IMG/VR virus record: IMGVR_UViG_3300010362_000017
Origin: an uncultured virus (IMG/VR IMGVR_UViG_3300010362_000017)
Taxonomy: Duplodnaviria > Heunggongvirae > Uroviricota > Caudoviricetes
Length of the DNA: 20,000 nt
Reading direction: 5' to 3' (one strand)
Shown here: in pieces, positions 15,953 to 20,000 of the stretch
How the letters are laid out: each line of letters begins with the position of its first letter
Numbering within the stretch: position 1 is the first letter of the stretch
Notes under the pieces: generated by a model
Databases searched by the model: none
What the model saw: only the letters and a program-made list of their open reading frames with translations
Told to the model about the DNA's origin: nothing
Program-made: the position numbers and the translations under genes

Positions 15953-16020
15953 ATACGGTCAAGCGGGGGGCTTGCCGGTCTTGCGCGCGCTTGTGGAAGG
16001 CGGCGCAAGGGCTGCAAGTC

Positions 16021-17589
16021 CTAGCCTAAGTCGAGCACGCGCCCCGTGGGGCCGGTACGCGCTTCCTGGCTGGTCGCCGGCCGCGCGCGTTTGCTCCACG
16101 CGCGGAGTCGCTGCATCTTCTCCGGCATGGAGTCGACCAGCGGCACAACCTTGCCGGCGGCTGCGATCAGGTCGGCCGGCGTGATCTCGCGGGCACCATC
16201 GGCGAAGGCCGTAAACATGGCCTCGTCAATTAGGCTCGCTACCTCGGCGCCTGTGAACTTGTCGCAATGGCTGGCAATCTCGTCGGCACCATCGGCGCCG
16301 AATAGCTTCACGGGATCACGGCCACGGCTGCGGGTGGTTGCCTCGATGATTTGCGCGCGCTCGATAGGCGTGGGCAAGTCAACGAAGAACATTTCATCCC
16401 AGCGGCCTTTGCGTAGAAGCTCCGGGGGGAGCGCTTCCACATCGTTGGCAGTGGCAAAAATGAACGCCTGATTTGTGCGGTCGTTCATCCATGTCAGCAT
16501 GGCGCCCAAGGCATCGGAAGCCACACCGCCGTCACCCTGCGGCCCGGTGCTGCCGGCGAAAGCCTTGTCCATCTCGTCTATCCAAAGGACGACGCGCCCC
16601 ATGGACTCAACGGTACGCTGCGCCTCCCGGATATTGCGCTCGCTCTCGCCTACGTATTTGGAGCGCAACGCGCCCATATCCCAGCGGATGATTGGGCAAC
16701 GCCATGCGGTGCCGGTCGCCTTGGCGCTAAAGGTCTTGCCACAGCCACTAACGCCGATGACCAAGACGCCCTTGGGGATTGCCAGGCCATAGGCTCTGGC
16801 CTCCGGGCTATAGGCAATGGTCCGCTGCATGAGCCACCCCTTCATGCTGTCGAGGCCGCCTACGGCGTCGAGGCCGCCAGGCAAAGGCTCAACCCAAGTA
16901 AGGAGTCCGCTGCGGGCGATGACTCGCTTTTTCTCCGCCGCGATCATCTCGGGATCAATGCGACGAGTCTTGACCAATGACGCGGCGAAAGCGGCCTCGG
17001 CCTCCAAGCTATTCAAGCCAATGGCTGCATCTATCGCGATGTCGCGATTGCCGTTCAGGGGCTCCACGCGCTCGCCCCCGTTTTTCATGGTGCGGTCGAG
17101 TACTTGCCCGATCTCTTCGCGGTCGGGCTTCGGCCAGTCCATCACCACAGCATCGCCACCGCCAAGCTCGGGCGGTACGTTGCCGGAAGGCGCGAGCACG
17201 ATGATTGAAACGCCAAGCGGGGGAAGCTCGCGCGCGAGGTTGCGCAACTGCCTCAAAGTCTGAATGCCGATGGGGCCGTCTAACCACTTGTGCAGGTCGC
17301 GCATAACCCACACGGTGCGGCCGCCGCCTTCCTTGGCCTTGGCGCGAATGAATTTGAGCGCTTCGGTGGCGTCCTGCGTCTCTTGGCCGGCGACTAGCTT
17401 GCCGCTCAAGTCGGTCAGCCCTTGGGCACAGTCCCAGAACATTGGCATATACCCGGCGCTCTCACACGCGCGGGCAAGGTAAAGCTCGACTCGCACCTCC
17501 TCCGGGCTGTTAACCCAAAGGACGGCGTTGCGAGCACGAAGCAATGCGGCCACATCGGCCGCTTGCGTCTGCGATCTGGTAGGGGGCAT
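16021..17589 (-). CDS. Ycf46-like AAA+ ATPase (degenerate N-terminal AAA-like domain plus intact classic AAA domain), 522 aa
   Basis: VGGLDSMKGWL, Walker A GVSGCGKT, pore loop SKYVGESE, Walker B VLWIDE, sensor 1 ATAN, LPPELLRKGRWDEMFFVDLP. Confidence 0.9.
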   Translation of the reverse strand: MPPTRSQTQAADVAALLRARNAVLWVNSPEEVRVELYLARACESAGYMPMFWDCAQGLTDLSGKLVAGQETQDATEALKFIRAKAKEGGGRTVWVMRDLHKWLDGPIGIQTLRQLRNLARELPPLGVSIIVLAPSGNVPPELGGGDAVVMDWPKPDREEIGQVLDRTMKNGGERVEPLNGNRDIAIDAAIGLNSLEAEAAFAASLVKTRRIDPEMIAAEKKRVIARSGLLTWVEPLPGGLDAVGGLDSMKGWLMQRTIAYSPEARAYGLAIPKGVLVIGVSGCGKTFSAKATGTAWRCPIIRWDMGALRSKYVGESERNIREAQRTVESMGRVVLWIDEMDKAFAGSTGPQGDGGVASDALGAMLTWMNDRTNQAFIFATANDVEALPPELLRKGRWDEMFFVDLPTPIERAQIIEATTRSRGRDPVKLFGADGADEIASHCDKFTGAEVASLIDEAMFTAFADGAREITPADLIAAAGKVVPLVDSMPEKMQRLRAWSKRARPATSQEARTGPTGRVLDLG

Positions 17590-17590
17590 C

Positions 17591-17608
17591 TGTTTAGCTC
17601 CTGTGTTG
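17591..17608 (-). repeat. 18-nt leader repeat, copy 2 (CAACACAGGAGCTAAACA)
   Basis: identical to 15907-15924; 1 nt before ATG. Confidence 0.9.
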
Positions 17609-17659
17609 GACTCATCAGGCGCCGCGTCACGGCGCGAGGGGCTTGCGCCCCTTTCGTCC
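17608..17659 (-). ncRNA. type II hammerhead ribozyme
   Basis: GGAC-GAAA-GGGGC-GCAA-GCCCC-UC-GCGCCG-UGACG-CGGCGC-CUGAUGA-GUCC: intact CUGAnGA and GAAA core, three fully paired stems, NUH cleavage triplet CUC. Confidence 0.93.
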
Positions 17660-17863
17660 TTAGCCTCCCCAGCCATGTTCGCGTTGCCAAGCAAGCTCGC
17701 GAAGCTCAAGCTCGCGCCCCTCGATCACGCGCTCGGCGTTGGGGTTGCCGTGCCGCATGTCCCAGCGGCGAAAGCACGGCCAGCACGCAATGAGCCCGGT
17801 CGCCTTGGCGCCTCGACACAGCGGGCAAGTGGTGGAAGCTCTGACGCGGGGGTTGTCGCTCAT
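17660..17863 (-). CDS. small Zn-finger protein (67 aa)
   Basis: CPLC...CWPC; ATGA overlap with the upstream gene. Confidence 0.65.
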   Translation of the reverse strand: MSDNPRVRASTTCPLCRGAKATGLIACWPCFRRWDMRHGNPNAERVIEGRELELRELAWQREHGWGG

Positions 17864-18021
17864 GAGCGCACCCCACACGCGCGGTAGAAGCGGTCACGGT
17901 CGAAGCGGGGGTTTTGGCGTTGGCAGAGATCAGCCATTGCCTGCGCGTTTTGCCGGCGTTCCCATTCGTCCTTGATGGCGCGGATAGCGACGGCCAGCGC
18001 TCGGAAGTGCTTGCGTGTCAT
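17860..18021 (-). CDS. small early-type phage protein (53 aa)
   Basis: AAGGA RBS; MTRKHF...NPRFDRDRFYRAC motif. Confidence 0.7.
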   Translation of the reverse strand: MTRKHFRALAVAIRAIKDEWERRQNAQAMADLCQRQNPRFDRDRFYRACGVRS

Positions 18022-18055
18022 GTGTCTAGTTCCTTGGTTTGAGTGAAACGCCCAT

Positions 18056-18106
18056 AAGGTACAGAGGCTTAACACCCTGTCAATATGGCATCATGCCAAT
18101 ATGACA
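18056..18106 (-). promoter_or_regulatory. leftward sigma70-like promoter with an overlapping 29-bp palindrome
   Basis: TTGACA (18083-18078)-N16-TACCTT (18061-18056); TGTCA-ATA-TGGCAT-C-ATGCCA-ATA-TGACA at 18078-18106. Confidence 0.6.
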
Positions 18107-18210
18107 TAAGCCCTTGATCTATGCCGTACATTTATTTTTTGGACGCAATCAGGTCAGCGCCGCTGCCATATCTAGGGGTAGTAGGTCGGCCGATAGGTCA
18201 GCACTATTGC

Positions 18211-18223
18211 CAAGTCGTTGATT
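18211..18223 (-). promoter_or_regulatory. IHF consensus site
   Basis: AATCAACGACTTG fits WATCAANNNNTTR; a near-match lies at 18107-18119. Confidence 0.4.
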
Positions 18224-18393
18224 TCGCTGTGAGTTCCGGCGATTGAGCCTTGACCGGCTGCGCGAATCATGGCGAGATTCGCGTCGCGCGCGCGCGCATT
18301 CTTCTGTTGCCACAGTCTAGGGACTACCGAGAAAGCAAGGAAGAAGAAGCAAGTAAGACAGAGCGGCGGCGGTTTAGCTTCAAGGTGTAGTCA

Positions 18394-18606
18394 ATGGGCT
18401 GGGGCTACGATGATTTGCCGGAAATAGACCTGGGGGCGCAAGCCACCGATGAGGTCAAGCTCGGCCAACGCTACAGCGGCAAGCGGCACGCTAACACATG
18501 GGCCGCAGCGGGCCGGCAAGCGCAAGTCCCCATTTGGTGGCAAGAGGTCAAGCGGGTATGCCGCGAAGCCGGCGAGGCGCTCGAACGGTCCCGGGTGACG
18601 CTATGA
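18394..18606 (+). CDS. small hypothetical protein (70 aa)
   Basis: AAGGTG RBS; ATGA overlap with the next gene. Confidence 0.5.
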   Translation: MGWGYDDLPEIDLGAQATDEVKLGQRYSGKRHANTWAAAGRQAQVPIWWQEVKRVCREAGEALERSRVTL

Positions 18607-19049
18607 CAACGCGCCGCGCCTTCCTGGCCGGCCTCGGTAGCCTCTTGGCCGCCCCAGCCATCGTGCAGTGCTCTAACCTCATGTCGCTCCGCGGCGTGCC
18701 GCTCCAGCTATGGGAGCACCGCGAGGTCGGCATCGGCTACGTCATCACCCGCCAGGCCGTCGAGAGCATGACTCGCGAGGCAAGCGAGCGCTGGCGTGAG
18801 CATCTGCGCACAACCCCGGACCTGACCGCCCATCAGCTATGGGACACGGATATGCTGGAGATCGCCGGCCCGCCTGCCGACGTGTTCAAAAGCTGGCGCC
18901 TCGGCCTCGGCTATGAAGGCCGCTACCCCAAACGCCTAGAACCGCGCCCCGGCCGCCTCTGGGTGCAAGGTGACCGCACAGACCGCGCCGCGCGCTACTT
19001 GCTCGGCCAACAAGCCATACCAGGCGACAAAGCGCGATCTACCAGCTAA
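18603..19049 (+). CDS. protein with a twin-arginine (Tat) signal-like N-terminus (148 aa)
   Basis: MTTRRAFLAGLGSLLAAPAIV; start at the ATGA overlap at 18603. Confidence 0.6.
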   Translation: MTTRRAFLAGLGSLLAAPAIVQCSNLMSLRGVPLQLWEHREVGIGYVITRQAVESMTREASERWREHLRTTPDLTAHQLWDTDMLEIAGPPADVFKSWRLGLGYEGRYPKRLEPRPGRLWVQGDRTDRAARYLLGQQAIPGDKARSTS

Positions 19050-19059
19050 CTTCCAAGGC

Positions 19060-19533
19060 ATGGGAAAGCCAACCACACCACGCCCTCGCAACGCCCTCGG
19101 CCAATACCTGGTCCGCCCCGGCGCAACACCGCGCAAGCGACCAGACCAGCCCCAGCCCGTCGACGCATGGTCTGGACAAGGTGGCGGCGACGTTTACCGC
19201 GCGCGGCGAGCGCTTAACCTCGCGACCATTGACGGATTGCAACGCGCTTTTGCCAAAGGCGGCCAGAAAGCGATTGACAAGGTAATGCGGCAGTCGCCTG
19301 CTATCTTCTTGAAAATGTTAGTCCTTCTAGTGCCGCGTGAACTAGAGGTGTTGCAGTCGAGCGGCGTTAAGGCGATGACCGACGAACAGATAGACGCGGC
19401 GATCGAGACCATAAAGGGAATGATCGAGCGCCGCGACGCTGGCGTGATTGATGTTACCCCAGCGTTACCCCCAGCCCCCGACGATAGTGAAGAAGCTAAT
19501 AGCTCCAATGAGTTAGCCCCATTGGACCGCTGA
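19060..19533 (+). CDS. putative terminase small subunit (157 aa)
   Basis: basic N-terminus, helical core GQKAIDKV...PAIFLKMLVLLVPREL, MTDEQI and VIDVTP tail resembling phage TerS proteins; no TerL in the window to confirm. Confidence 0.55.
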   Translation: MGKPTTPRPRNALGQYLVRPGATPRKRPDQPQPVDAWSGQGGGDVYRARRALNLATIDGLQRAFAKGGQKAIDKVMRQSPAIFLKMLVLLVPRELEVLQSSGVKAMTDEQIDAAIETIKGMIERRDAGVIDVTPALPPAPDDSEEANSSNELAPLDR

Positions 19534-19692
19534 TAGCATATCAGCGGCGCGGCTTGGCGCCAGGCGCAGGCGCGCGCGCGCCCCCGGGCAGGCGCGAGGG
19601 GGAGGGGGGGGCGGCCGAAAAAGTCAAAAAATCTCCTGGCCCCTCTCAGAAATGCCGCGGTTTTTTTCGTTCGAGGTCAGTGGGGTAGGTGT

Positions 19693-19708
19693 TGTTTCAC
19701 GTGAAACG
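19693..19708. promoter_or_regulatory. parS-like centromere site
   Basis: TGTTTCACGTGAAACG, 15/16 identical to canonical TGTTTCACGTGAAACA; perfect 14-bp palindromic core. Confidence 0.7.
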
Positions 19709-19739
19709 TGCCGGCCTTTTTTAAGGTTAAGGGAGGTGA

Positions 19740-19907
19740 TTAGGATTTGGCGGCGTGTCGTGCGCGGTAGGCGGCTTGTTTTTGGGCTGGGGTGAGTGCG
19801 TTACCGGATTTCGGTCGACCTGGGCGCTTTTTGGTAACGGGTGTTACCGAAATAGATTGATTTTCGGTAACGGATTTCGGTAACGTCTGAGTTTCGGTAA
19901 CGGGCAT
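19740..19907 (-). CDS. small basic DNA-binding-like protein (AT-hook-like GRP plus helix); start may lie further upstream
   Basis: KKRPGRPKSGNALTPAQKQAAYRAR; frame also open from 19982 and to the window edge. Confidence 0.5.
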   Translation of the reverse strand: MPVTETQTLPKSVTENQSISVTPVTKKRPGRPKSGNALTPAQKQAAYRARHAAKS

Positions 19908-19917
19908 TTTGGTAACG
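19799..19917. repeat. cluster of TTTYGGTAACG repeats (iteron-like)
   Basis: direct copies at 19829, 19862, 19875, 19892 and 19907; inverted copy at 19843-19852; partial inverted copy at 19799. Confidence 0.8.
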
Positions 19918-19924
19918 GGAGTGG

Positions 19925-20000
19925 ATGATGAAGGCTCAGCAGATGCGCTGTCCGGTGTGTGGGAACTTTTTGACGGTGGCATTGCGGCGTGCGCGGTTGC
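19925..20000 (+). CDS. 5' fragment of a possible Zn-ribbon protein (MMKAQQMRCPVCGNFLTV...)
   Basis: GGGAG RBS directly before ATG; CPVCG; runs off the right edge. Confidence 0.45.
   Translation, partial: MMKAQQMRCPVCGNFLTVALRRARL

Noticed and set aside
15906..15962. N-terminal extension of the 302-aa ORF
   Set aside because: It covers the leader repeat and palindrome; the RBS supports ATG 15905
15925..16020. Possible second ribozyme before the other leader repeat
   Set aside because: No CUGAnGA core or other ribozyme consensus that I can recognise
15208..16029. 273-aa plus-strand ORF
   Set aside because: Ala/Ser-rich antisense shadow of the 283-aa gene
17590..17709. 40-aa N-terminal extension of the AAA ATPase in the ORF track (562 aa)
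   Set aside because: It overlaps the upstream gene and the hammerhead; the strong RBS and repeated leader point to ATG 17589
19799..19917. CRISPR-like array
   Set aside because: Repeats are 11 nt with short irregular spacing and mixed orientation; no cas genes

Overview
This GC-rich window looks like a segment of a tailed phage or prophage, probably infecting an alphaproteobacterium (inferred from gene style and host-factor-like sites). No capsid, tail, integrase, rRNA, tRNA or CRISPR feature is visible. There are four blocks. (1) 1-5298, minus strand: an ERF-type single-strand annealing protein, its partner, small hypothetical and Zn-finger genes and an HNH-like nuclease. (2) 5326-10565, plus strand: a ribbon-helix-helix regulator, a compact amino-DNA methyltransferase, two PD-(D/E)XK-like proteins and a YejH/RadD-like SF2 helicase. 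(3) 10631-18021, minus strand: an early-type array of small coupled genes including an XRE HTH and a three-gene module built round a Ycf46-like AAA+ ATPase. (4) 18394-20000: a Tat-signal protein, a putative small terminase subunit and a signal-dense non-coding stretch. The main non-coding results are a complete canonical type II hammerhead ribozyme (17608-17659, minus) directly upstream of the AAA+ ATPase ribosome-binding site, an 18-nt leader shared by the ATPase and its partner gene, a candidate ~100-nt sRNA or attenuator with its own sigma70-like promoter (7245-7379), two more structured-RNA candidates, a symmetric face-to-face promoter pair (5288-5336), a near-canonical chromosomal-type parS site (19693-19708) and iteron-like repeats (19799-19917). 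All family assignments are by eye from motifs; no database search was run.
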